Shown: positions 29,338-36,813 of the stretch, piece by piece | Numbering within the stretch: the stretch's first letter is position 1 | Layout: every line of letters begins with the position of its first letter | Assembly: GCA_964499855.1 (NCBI GenBank) | Contig: CAZCPU010000002.1 | Location: 1 to 51,882, forward strand | Source: an uncultured Dehalococcoidia bacterium | GTDB lineage: Bacteria > Chloroflexota > Dehalococcoidia > Lucifugimonadales > UBA1127 | DNA: 51,882 bases | Direction of reading: 5' to 3' | Notes under the pieces: model-generated | The model's input: only the letters and a program-made list of their open reading frames with translations | The model's database searches: none | Told to the model about the DNA's origin: nothing | Translations under genes and position numbers: made by a program

Positions 29338-31080
29338 TTGCACACTTTATGCTCCAACCTCCGTTTATCAAGAAAGGAGGGACAGACAATCGACGCACAG
29401 CCTTGGGCGACTGATAACCTCATGCCGGATCTCCCTACCAGGCCATGCGGTTTGACCTTTGCCACTTGCACTCTCACAATGACTTCAAGCAAGCTCCAGT
29501 TTCAGGCTAAAGGGCTTTTCAGCGGACGGAGGCGTACCGTGGTGGATTCTGGCACCCTGTACCCGGCTTTCTCGGAAGCCACTCCGGAACTGGGTCAGTG
29601 GTCCCAGGAACGGCTCCGAACCGTCGCCCGCGACCTCTTTTCCGACGCGCCGCTGGTCGTCGTTGCCAACCGAGAGCCGTACGTACATCTGCCCGACCCC
29701 GAAAAGCCCGATGGACTGGCGTGGAGGCGCCCGGCCGGCGGACTCGTATCCGCCCTTGACCCGGTGCTACGGGCAGTCGAGGGCGGACTGTGGGTTGCCC
29801 AGGGAACCGGCGAGGCCGACCGCCTCTCCGCCGACGCATCCGGCCGAGTCGCAGTGCCGCCGGACAACCCCGCGTACACCCTGAAGCGCGTTTGGCTCCA
29901 GCCCGCCGAGATCGCCGGTTACTATGAAGGGATCTCCAACCAGGGGCTGTGGCCCCTCTGTCACGTCGTCTTCCTGCGTCCCCGCTTCACCCTCCGTGAT
30001 TGGCAGCAGTACCAGAAGGTTAACCGCCGCTTTGCGGAGGCAGTCCTGGAGGAGGTTGGCGACGGCCCCGCATACGTTTGGGTACAGGACTACCACCTCT
30101 GCCTCGTGCCGCAATATCTTCGAGAGGCGCGACCGGACTTGACCACAGGCATCTTCTGGCACATCCCGTGGCCCAACCCGGAGATCTTCCGGACCTGCCC
30201 GTTTGGCGCGGAGCTCCTTGAGGGCATGCTCTCGGCTGACATCATCGGTTTCCACATTCGCTACCATGGCGCCAACTTCCTTGCGACTGTGGAGCAGACA
30301 CTGGAGGCCCGCCACGACCGCGAGCGCTGGGAGATTATTCGCGGCGGTCACTCCACCCGGGTCGTGGACATCCCAATCAGCGTCGACTTCGACGAGGAGG
30401 AGTCCACAGCGCAGTCGCCCCAGACCGGGCAGTGGATAGACGAGTTTCGCGGCCTTTTTGACCTTGACCGATTCGATCACGTGCTGCTCGGTCTGGACCG
30501 CTTTGACTATACCAAGGGAATCCCGGAGCGGTTGATGGCCGTCGACCTGCTGCTTCAGGAGCACCCAGAGTACAAGGGTAAGCTCGTCTTCCTGCAGGTG
30601 GGCGAGGTCAGCCGCATTCAGATCGCGCACTATCAGGCACTGAACACCGAAGTAGAGAAGCTCGCGCAGGAGATAAACGATCGACACCGCACCTCTGACT
30701 GGCAGCCAATCGCCCTATGGCGCAACCCGGTGGGCCGCCCCGACTTGATGGCGCTTTTCCGGCTTGCCGACGTTTGCGTGGTCAGCTCCCTACACGATGG
30801 CATGAATTTGGTCGCTAAGGAGTACGTCGCAAGTCGCTTCGACGAAAGAGGGGTGCTTGTACTGAGCCGCTTCACCGGCGCGGCCCGCGAACTGCCGGAG
30901 GCACTGCTGATCAATCCCTACGACATCCGCGACATTGCCAGGAGGTTGCACGAGGCGCTGCAGATGCCCGACCACCAGAAGCGGGAAAGGATGAGGCGTA
31001 TGCGGAGCACCGTTAGGCGCAATAACATCTACGCTTGGGCCGGGCGCTTCCTGCGCGAAATGGTCCTCGGCGGGGTCTGA
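29338..31080 (+). CDS. otsA: Alpha,alpha-trehalose-phosphate synthase (GT20, OtsA); start uncertain
   Basis: The GT20 core runs from LVVVANREPYVH... through GGLVSALDP, GFHIRYH, LGLDRFDYTKGI and the C-terminal LVLSRFTGAA..L..ALLINPYD. Candidate starts are TTG 29338, ATC 29389 (the only one with an SD), ATG 29422 and ATG 29479. Confidence 0.9.
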   Translation: MHTLCSNLRLSRKEGQTIDAQPWATDNLMPDLPTRPCGLTFATCTLTMTSSKLQFQAKGLFSGRRRTVVDSGTLYPAFSEATPELGQWSQERLRTVARDLFSDAPLVVVANREPYVHLPDPEKPDGLAWRRPAGGLVSALDPVLRAVEGGLWVAQGTGEADRLSADASGRVAVPPDNPAYTLKRVWLQPAEIAGYYEGISNQGLWPLCHVVFLRPRFTLRDWQQYQKVNRRFAEAVLEEVGDGPAYVWVQDYHLCLVPQYLREARPDLTTGIFWHIPWPNPEIFRTCPFGAELLEGMLSADIIGFHIRYHGANFLATVEQTLEARHDRERWEIIRGGHSTRVVDIPISVDFDEEESTAQSPQTGQWIDEFRGLFDLDRFDHVLLGLDRFDYTKGIPERLMAVDLLLQEHPEYKGKLVFLQVGEVSRIQIAHYQALNTEVEKLAQEINDRHRTSDWQPIALWRNPVGRPDLMALFRLADVCVVSSLHDGMNLVAKEYVASRFDERGVLVLSRFTGAARELPEALLINPYDIRDIARRLHEALQMPDHQKRERMRRMRSTVRRNNIYAWAGRFLREMVLGGV

Positions 31081-31907
31081 TGCCGGCCATACCTCCCCTG
31101 CGCGACCACATGGACCTCGTCTACGAGGGCATCGCCACCAAGGGACAGATCTTAGTGGCTCTCGACTTTGACGGCACCCTCTCAGAAATCGTGGCGCGGC
31201 CCGAGGACGCCACGTTGACGGAGGAGCGGCGCCAGCTACTTCGTGACCTTAACAGCCGACCGAGATTCGCGGTGGCGGTTATAAGCGGACGCACGGTTGA
31301 CGACGTGCGAGAGCGCGTTGGACTGAGCGATATCGCCTACGCCGGACATCATGGGCTGGAGATCGCCGGGCCGGGCTTTTCGTATTTGCCCCCGGAGGCG
31401 GAGGCCTTTCGTGGGACTGCGGCGCGGCTGGGGGAGTCCCTGGAAGCCGAGATTGGAAGGATACCCGGTGTGATCTTCGAGCACAGAGGGATATCGCTGG
31501 GGGTGCATTACCGGCTGGTGTCTGGTGAGCAGCGAGAGGTCGTTCAACGTGCTATTCGAGCGGCCATTAACCCATTGGCCGGAGCGGGCGAGGCACGTGT
31601 AGTGTTGGGCAAGGAGGTGGTAAACGTGCTTCCTCCGCTGGTCTGGCACAAGGGCTCTGCACTGCGATGGCTCATAGGGTTGCTGGACTCCACCCCGCAC
31701 CGTGTTGGCGGGATCTTCCCCATCTACATTGGTGACGACGTGACGGACGAGGACGCCTTCCCCGTGGCGCGGGAGACGGGCATCGCAATTCGCGTCGGTC
31801 CGCCGTCGAAGGAAACTGCCGCGGAATACTCTCTCGCCGACCCAGCGGAGGTGGAAGCCACCCTCCGCGCCATGGTGGACTACTCGAAGTCGCTAGGCAT
31901 CGGGTAG
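31080..31907 (+). CDS. otsB: Trehalose-phosphatase (HAD family, OtsB)
   Basis: HAD motif I LVALDFDGTLSEIV and C-terminal IYIGDDVTDEDAF. The ATG at 31080 overlaps the otsA TGA (TGATG), indicating coupling. The ORF track start at 31035 lies inside otsA. Confidence 0.9.
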   Translation: MPAIPPLRDHMDLVYEGIATKGQILVALDFDGTLSEIVARPEDATLTEERRQLLRDLNSRPRFAVAVISGRTVDDVRERVGLSDIAYAGHHGLEIAGPGFSYLPPEAEAFRGTAARLGESLEAEIGRIPGVIFEHRGISLGVHYRLVSGEQREVVQRAIRAAINPLAGAGEARVVLGKEVVNVLPPLVWHKGSALRWLIGLLDSTPHRVGGIFPIYIGDDVTDEDAFPVARETGIAIRVGPPSKETAAEYSLADPAEVEATLRAMVDYSKSLGIG

Positions 31908-31977
31908 TGCCGGTCTCCGCAGACACGGCTAGACCCCCGTTGCCCGACGGGCTAGACTGAAATCGGCCCAACCACAT

Positions 31978-32051
31978 TGCCCGGTGGTGCAGCGGTAGCA
32001 CAGGGGACTTTGGATCCCCTGACCCTGGTTCGAATCCAGGCCGGGCAGCCA
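31978..32051 (+). tRNA. tRNA-Gln (anticodon UUG), CCA encoded
   Basis: Hand-folded cloverleaf. Acceptor TGCCCGG/CCGGGCA; D stem GTGC/GCAC; anticodon stem GGGGA/TCCCC with loop CTTTGGA; T arm CCTGG-TTCGAAT-CCAGG; discriminator G plus CCA. The U1:A72 pair is typical of bacterial tRNA-Gln. Confidence 0.93.
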
Positions 32052-32130
32052 CCATTTAGAGTTTTCCGCCAGTACATCGTGATTTCATTTTCCCTACCGC
32101 ACGTCCCATACTGAAGCGGGGCTGCGGGCA

Positions 32131-32159
32131 TGGACAATGTGGCCGCGTCAGCCTACAGT
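32131..32159 (+). promoter_or_regulatory. Candidate promoter of the nitrile-hydratase-like operon
   Basis: TGGACA (32131-32136), an exact 17-nt spacer, then TACAGT (32154-32159). This gives a ~24-nt leader containing GGAGGGG before the ATG at 32190. Confidence 0.5.
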
Positions 32160-32189
32160 GCTGGCATCATCGCTTCACGGAGGGGCGAC

Positions 32190-32492
32190 ATGAGCGGCAC
32201 TCACGACATGGGCGGCAGGCGCAACGACGATCCCATCGACCAGGCTGAGCACGTCTTCTCGGACTGGGAGCGCCATACGCACGCAATGGTTGGCGTACTT
32301 CGTGAAAAGCGCCTCATTACCACCGACGAGCTGCGGAGGGGCATCGAGTCCATTGCTCCGAAAGAGTACGAGAGCATGTCGTATTACGAGCGCTGGTCGG
32401 CGTCGCTTGAGACGCTGCTAATTGAGAAGGGGCTCCTCAGCGAGGAGGAGATTGACACCCGATCAGAGGCGCTCAAGGAGAAATGGGGCTAA
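32190..32492 (+). CDS. Nitrile hydratase beta subunit, N-terminal half as a separate polypeptide (equivalent to thiocyanate hydrolase beta)
   Basis: MSGTHDMGGRRNDDPIDQAEHVFSDWERHTHAM...EYESMSYYERW matches the NHase beta N-domain pattern (HD-x-GG, EPVF-x2-WE, YYE-x-W). The frame ends at TAA 32490-32492. The ORF track ATG at 32130 lies inside the putative -35. Confidence 0.85.
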   Translation: MSGTHDMGGRRNDDPIDQAEHVFSDWERHTHAMVGVLREKRLITTDELRRGIESIAPKEYESMSYYERWSASLETLLIEKGLLSEEEIDTRSEALKEKWG

Positions 32493-32493
32493 C

Positions 32494-32796
32494 ATGGCGC
32501 GCTTTAAGCCCGGTGACCTTGTACGCGTGGGCGAGATTGAGATGGGCACCCACCACCGGACGCCCGCCTACATCAAGGGCAGAGTTGGTCGGGTGCACGC
32601 GTTGTCCGGGCTGTACCCTAACCCCGAGACGCTGGCCTATGGAGCAGACGGCAAACCGGAGCGCGACCTTTACCTAGTCGCGTTTGATATGAGAGACCTC
32701 TGGGGCGAGCGGTTCAGCGGGCGCTCAGGCGACAGGCTGCTCGTCGACGTGTATGAGCACTGGCTCGAGCCGGCCAGCGACGGAGGAGCGGAATGA
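32494..32796 (+). CDS. Nitrile hydratase beta subunit, C-terminal half as a separate polypeptide (equivalent to thiocyanate hydrolase alpha)
   Basis: MARFKPGDLVRVGEIEMGTHHRTPAYIKGRVGRVHALSGLYPNPET...DLYLVAFDMRDLWGE...VDVYEHWLEP matches the SH3-like NHase beta C-domain. The ATG lies 1 nt after the upstream TAA. Confidence 0.85.
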   Translation: MARFKPGDLVRVGEIEMGTHHRTPAYIKGRVGRVHALSGLYPNPETLAYGADGKPERDLYLVAFDMRDLWGERFSGRSGDRLLVDVYEHWLEPASDGGAE

Positions 32797-33434
32797 GCAC
32801 GCACACCCACCACGAGCATGGGCACGGGCACGAACACGAGGGCATGTTGGAGGACGTCGAGCTGAGCGAGCGGGCACGGCGGGTTCTTGCGATCGAGGAA
32901 TTGCTGGCGGAGAAGGGCGTCATAAACCGCACGGAGGTGCAGCGGCTCATTGACTTCCAGGAGGCGCGGTCACCAGTGGATGGGGCGCGGGTGGTTGCGC
33001 GGGCCTGGACTGACCCTGACTACAAGCGACGCCTGCTGGCGGACCCGGAGGGGGCCCTCCTGGACTTGGGCTATCCGCTTGTGGGTTCCGCCAAGCTGGC
33101 GGTGCTGGAGAACACGGACGAAGTGCACCACCTAGTGGTCTGCACCCTTTGCTCCTGCTACCCGACATCGCTGCTGGGGTTGCCGCCGGACTGGTATAAG
33201 AGCTTCGCGTACCGCTCACGGGCAGTGGTGGACCCTCGCGGCGTAATGCGCGAGTTCGGGCTGGATGTGCGCGACACCGAGGTGCGCGTCGTGGACAGCA
33301 CGGCTGACCTGCGCTACCTTGTGCTGCCGCAGCGCCCAGCGGGCACGGAGGGCATGACCGAAGACGAGTTGACTGCCCTAGTCACGCGAGACAGCATGAT
33401 CGGCGTCGGCGTGGCGCTGGCTCCGATGGGGTAA
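32793..33434 (+). CDS. Nitrile hydratase alpha subunit / thiocyanate hydrolase gamma-like, cobalt type, with a His-rich N-terminus
   Basis: Metal-binding motif VVCTLCSCYP (Co-type CTLCSC), AWTDPDYKRRLLADP, LVLPQRPAGTEG and TRDSMIGV. The ATGA overlap with the upstream gene indicates coupling. Confidence 0.92.
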   Translation: MSTHTHHEHGHGHEHEGMLEDVELSERARRVLAIEELLAEKGVINRTEVQRLIDFQEARSPVDGARVVARAWTDPDYKRRLLADPEGALLDLGYPLVGSAKLAVLENTDEVHHLVVCTLCSCYPTSLLGLPPDWYKSFAYRSRAVVDPRGVMREFGLDVRDTEVRVVDSTADLRYLVLPQRPAGTEGMTEDELTALVTRDSMIGVGVALAPMG

Positions 33435-33476
33435 GCGACCCCACACCAGCGCATAGCCTGCGGGCGGGTCTACGCC

Positions 33477-34514
33477 CTACTGCGTAAGCACGACGGGCGT
33501 GGCCATGCGGTCCGTGTCGTCCATGCCCATCTCAAGGATGCCGAAGATGAGCTTCCACTCTCCCTGGCTACGGTGGAGGCAGGGCACCAGGTGGTTGCCC
33601 GCCTGGTCGCGCCAGAGCGTCCCACCGAAGACCAACGTGTAACGGTTGTAGGCCTCAGGGATCGTCTCCGGGTGGGAGTGCAGGTACTCGCAGTGGCGCT
33701 GGCCCAGCTTAGGCGACATCGAGCGGACGCGGTCGACGACGTCATCGCCGACCATGAAGGGTTCATCGTTACCGAACACGGGCACCTCGCCAAGGTTCTC
33801 CCATGAGAATTCCGCGGGATCCGACACGTCCTCCAGCAACTCAAATCCCTCGGCAGTCTTGTCGTTGACGAAGGGGGCGTTGGGGTCGTAGGTGTCAGGA
33901 GCGGCGGCGGCCGCAGGCGCTTCAGGGGCGGCCGTCGCGGCGGTCGGGGCTTCACCGACGGGGACGGCCATGCGGTCCGTGTTGTCCATACCCATTTCCA
34001 GGATGCCGAAGATGATGGTCCACTCACCGCGACTACGGTGGAGGCAGGGGACGAGGTGGTTGCCGGCGCCGTCACGCCAGAGGGTTCCGCCGAATACTAG
34101 GGTGTAGCGGTTGTAGGCATCGGGGATCATCTCGGGGTGGGCCAGTAGGTACTCGCAATGGCGCTGGCCGAGCTTGGGCGACATCGAGCGGACGCGGTCT
34201 ACTACGTCGTCGCCGACAGCGAAGGGCTCGTCGTCGCCGAAGATCTGCAACTCGCCGATGTTCTCGGAGCCCAAGAGGGCGGGCTCGGACACATCCTCGA
34301 TCAGCTCAAGGCCCTCGGTGGTTTTGTCGTTGGCAAAGGGAGCGCTGGGGTCGATCGCGCCGACGGCGGCGACGACAAGCACGCCAGCCAGAGCTTCCTC
34401 AAGCTGATCAGGCGAGCTGACCCAGCGGCGGGCGGCGGCCTCGTCAATGTCGCGAGGGAGCCGCGCGACTACGGCACCCACAAACTCCATGTACCAGTCC
34501 GGCGTATCAGGCAT
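33477..34514 (-). CDS. Hypothetical protein made of two tandem 131-aa homologous domains of unknown fold
   Basis: The ORF is open to 34637, but the ATG at 34514 (MPDTPDWYMEFVG) has AGGAGA 8 nt upstream and TACAAT ~30 nt upstream. The two copies are ~80% identical with many synonymous differences. I recognised no motif. Confidence 0.75.
   Translation of the reverse strand: MPDTPDWYMEFVGAVVARLPRDIDEAAARRWVSSPDQLEEALAGVLVVAAVGAIDPSAPFANDKTTEGLELIEDVSEPALLGSENIGELQIFGDDEPFAVGDDVVDRVRSMSPKLGQRHCEYLLAHPEMIPDAYNRYTLVFGGTLWRDGAGNHLVPCLHRSRGEWTIIFGILEMGMDNTDRMAVPVGEAPTAATAAPEAPAAAAAPDTYDPNAPFVNDKTAEGFELLEDVSDPAEFSWENLGEVPVFGNDEPFMVGDDVVDRVRSMSPKLGQRHCEYLHSHPETIPEAYNRYTLVFGGTLWRDQAGNHLVPCLHRSQGEWKLIFGILEMGMDDTDRMATPVVLTQ
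33492..34349 (-). repeat. Intragenic tandem duplication: two 393-bp copies (33492-33884 and 33957-34349), period 465 bp
   Basis: Direct comparison of the two DNA blocks shows long identical runs, e.g. GGCCATGCGGTCCGTGT and GGCGACATCGAGCGGACGCGGTC. They are separated by 72 bp encoding an Ala/Pro linker. Confidence 0.9.
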
Positions 34515-35039
34515 GGAACTTTCTCCTGTCACGGGGTGGCGCCATTGTAGCGGCTGAAGCGGCGCAGGGATACCCACATGCGTGGACAAGGTGGGAGCGA
34601 GGCGTTGGACCTGCGGCCCCCAATCGTTTGCCATCAATTCGTTCCCTCTTAGCGGTGCCCGGGCTAATTCGCATTCGATCAGTAGTAGCCGTAGCGTGTT
34701 TCAACTTGAAAGCCAACCCTTTCTTCAGAAACAACATCCTCCGGCCTTTTGGCCGCTTATTGGCAGTGATGTCGGCGCCAAAGCAAGTAAGGCGGCCTGA
34801 AAAGATGGACGTTAAGGATGGTGCGGTTACGACTCACAATTGCGTGAAACACGAGGAGAGGGTAACGGGCGAATCAGCATTGTCGCGAGGGTTCTGTGTC
34901 AGGGTGGCACCCCTCCCGCGCCTCTGGATTCCCCCGCCTTCGCAGGGCTAGCCCTGCCTTCACAGAATTGGCGGGGAATAGTTCAGCGGCCCCTGTGACA
35001 GAGGCCGCTGCGTACTGTTTTCGGGCCTTGGCGTCGGCT

Positions 35040-36551
35040 TTAGTAGCGGTAATGCTCGGGCTTGAAGGGGCCTTCCTTAGGTACTCCGAGGTAGTCGGAC
35101 TGCCGGGAAGTGAGCTCTGTGAGGTTGGCGCCGAACTTGGAAAGGTGCAGGCGGGCGACCTTCTCGTCGAGGTGCTTGGGAAGGGTGGTGACGGTCTTGC
35201 CGTAGGACTCTGCGTTGGCCTGCAGCTCAAGCTGGGCGATAACTTGGTTGCTGAAGGAGTTGCTCATCACGAAGCTGGGGTGGCCGGTGGCATTGGCGAG
35301 GTTCACCAAGCGGCCCTCGCCGAGGACGATGATGCTGCGGCCAGTCCCCTTGAACTTCCACTCGTGGACCTGGGGCTTGATCTCGATTTTCTCGACCTCC
35401 TCGTTGCGGCGCATGCGCTCGAGGCCGGCCATGTCGATCTCGTCGTCGAAGTGGCCGATGTTGCAAACGATGGCGTTGTGCTTCATACGACTCATGTGGT
35501 CGGCGGTGATGATGTCCGTGCAGCCGGTGGCGGTGACGTAGATGTCGTAGTCCTGCGCGATGGCGTCGTCGACGGTGATGACGTCGTGGCCGAGCATACA
35601 GGCCTGAAGGGCGCAAATAGGGTCGACTTCCGTGACTGCGACGCGGGCCTGCTGGCCACGCAGGGCCTGCGTGCTGCCCTTGCCAACGTCACCGAAACCG
35701 CAGACGAGGGCCTTCTTGCCGGAGAGAAGGACATCCGTGGCGCGCATGATGGCGTCGACGAGGCTGTGGCGGGTGCCATAGAGGTTGTCGAACTTGCTCT
35801 TGGTGACGGAGTCGTTGACGTTGATGCCGGGGAAGAGGAGGGTGCCGGCCTTCTCCATCTCATAGAGGCGATGGACGCCGGTGGTGGTCTCCTCCGACAC
35901 GCCGCGGATCTCGGCGGCGACGCGGGAGAAAAAGTTGGCGTCGGCGCCCTGCACCAGGCCGAGCAGGACGTGCAGGAACTTCTCGTCCGGGGATGCGTCC
36001 GGGCCGGGATCGTCGACCCTGCCCGCGTTGGCGTACTTGTGACCGAGGTGGACGGCCAAAGTGGCGTCACCACCGTCGTCGACGATGAGCGTGGGGCCCT
36101 TGCCGCCATCGAAGCGGAGGGTCTGTAGGAGGCACCACCAGTACTCCTCAAGGCTCTCGCCCTTCCAAGCGAAGACGGGCGTGCCTTGGGGCTTGTCGGG
36201 CGTGCCGGCGGGCCCGACGACAACCGCGGCGGCGGCGTGGTCCTGGGTAGAGAAGATGTTGCAGGAGGCCCAGCGGACCTCGGCGCCGAGGGCCGTCAGG
36301 GTCTCGATGAGGACGGCGGTCTGAATGGTCATGTGCAGCGAGCCGGTGATGCGGGCGCCCTTGAGCGGTTGCTGCCCGGCATACTCCTCGCGGATAGACA
36401 TGAGACCGGGCATCTCGTATTCGGCGAGCTCGATCTCTTTGCGACCGAAGCGTACGGTGTCCGGCGACATGTCCGCGACCTTGTAGGGAAGGTCGGAAAA
36501 GACCTGCTCCCCGGCAAAGACGGGCGCGTCTGCGTTGGTGGACTGGGTCAT
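35040..36551 (-). CDS. ahcY: Adenosylhomocysteinase (S-adenosyl-L-homocysteine hydrolase)
   Basis: 503 aa with YKVADMS...[19 protein letters not shown] site [17 protein letters not shown] and the C-terminal ...[19 protein letters not shown]. Confidence 0.96.
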   Translation of the reverse strand: MTQSTNADAPVFAGEQVFSDLPYKVADMSPDTVRFGRKEIELAEYEMPGLMSIREEYAGQQPLKGARITGSLHMTIQTAVLIETLTALGAEVRWASCNIFSTQDHAAAAVVVGPAGTPDKPQGTPVFAWKGESLEEYWWCLLQTLRFDGGKGPTLIVDDGGDATLAVHLGHKYANAGRVDDPGPDASPDEKFLHVLLGLVQGADANFFSRVAAEIRGVSEETTTGVHRLYEMEKAGTLLFPGINVNDSVTKSKFDNLYGTRHSLVDAIMRATDVLLSGKKALVCGFGDVGKGSTQALRGQQARVAVTEVDPICALQACMLGHDVITVDDAIAQDYDIYVTATGCTDIITADHMSRMKHNAIVCNIGHFDDEIDMAGLERMRRNEEVEKIEIKPQVHEWKFKGTGRSIIVLGEGRLVNLANATGHPSFVMSNSFSNQVIAQLELQANAESYGKTVTTLPKHLDEKVARLHLSKFGANLTELTSRQSDYLGVPKEGPFKPEHYRY

Positions 36552-36586
36552 AGGTTCCCCCTTGATTGGGCAAATAGGATAGCACC

Positions 36587-36615
36587 AGTCTACACGAAAG
36601 CAGGAATATTGGAAA
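36587..36615 (-). promoter_or_regulatory. Possible ahcY promoter
   Basis: Minus strand reads TTTCCA, a 17-nt spacer, then TAGACT. This leaves a leader of only ~30 nt. Confidence 0.3.
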
Positions 36616-36813
36616 CGACGCGGGAGAGGCAGGGATTACCAACGCCATGGCGAATTATTCAGTCGCGGTCGGGGGTCGTATTGAGGGGTTGCGGCTAAGT
36701 GGGAGTTGGGGGTAGTCGAGGTACCTGCCATTGCGGGAACGACGGAGAGCCAAGGATGCGTCGGCCCCGGGCATACTTTGGAGCCAACGCGTGTGTCCAT
36801 TGAACGGCAGCGG

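Noticed and set aside
31672-32137. Minus-strand ORFs (31672-32055 and 31952-32137) span the tRNA region.
   Set aside because: They overlap a well-folding tRNA-Gln and the 3' end of otsB. No SD or motif is present.
32130-32189. The ATG at 32130 as the start of the nitrile hydratase beta N-half (120-aa ORF).
   Set aside because: The ATG lies inside the putative -35 hexamer and has no SD. The family N-terminus (M-x3-HD-x-GG) and a GGAGGGG SD fit the ATG at 32190.
34896-36128. A 410-aa plus-strand ORF lies opposite ahcY.
   Set aside because: It is fully antisense to a textbook adenosylhomocysteinase. Its Gly/Ala/Val/Asp-rich translation has no recognisable domain.
36552-36720. A possible SAH riboswitch upstream of ahcY, a common location for that riboswitch in some phyla.
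   Set aside because: I could not find the conserved SAH-element core or pseudoknot-like pairing. The best promoter candidate leaves only a ~30-nt leader, too short for a riboswitch. An Infernal scan would settle it.
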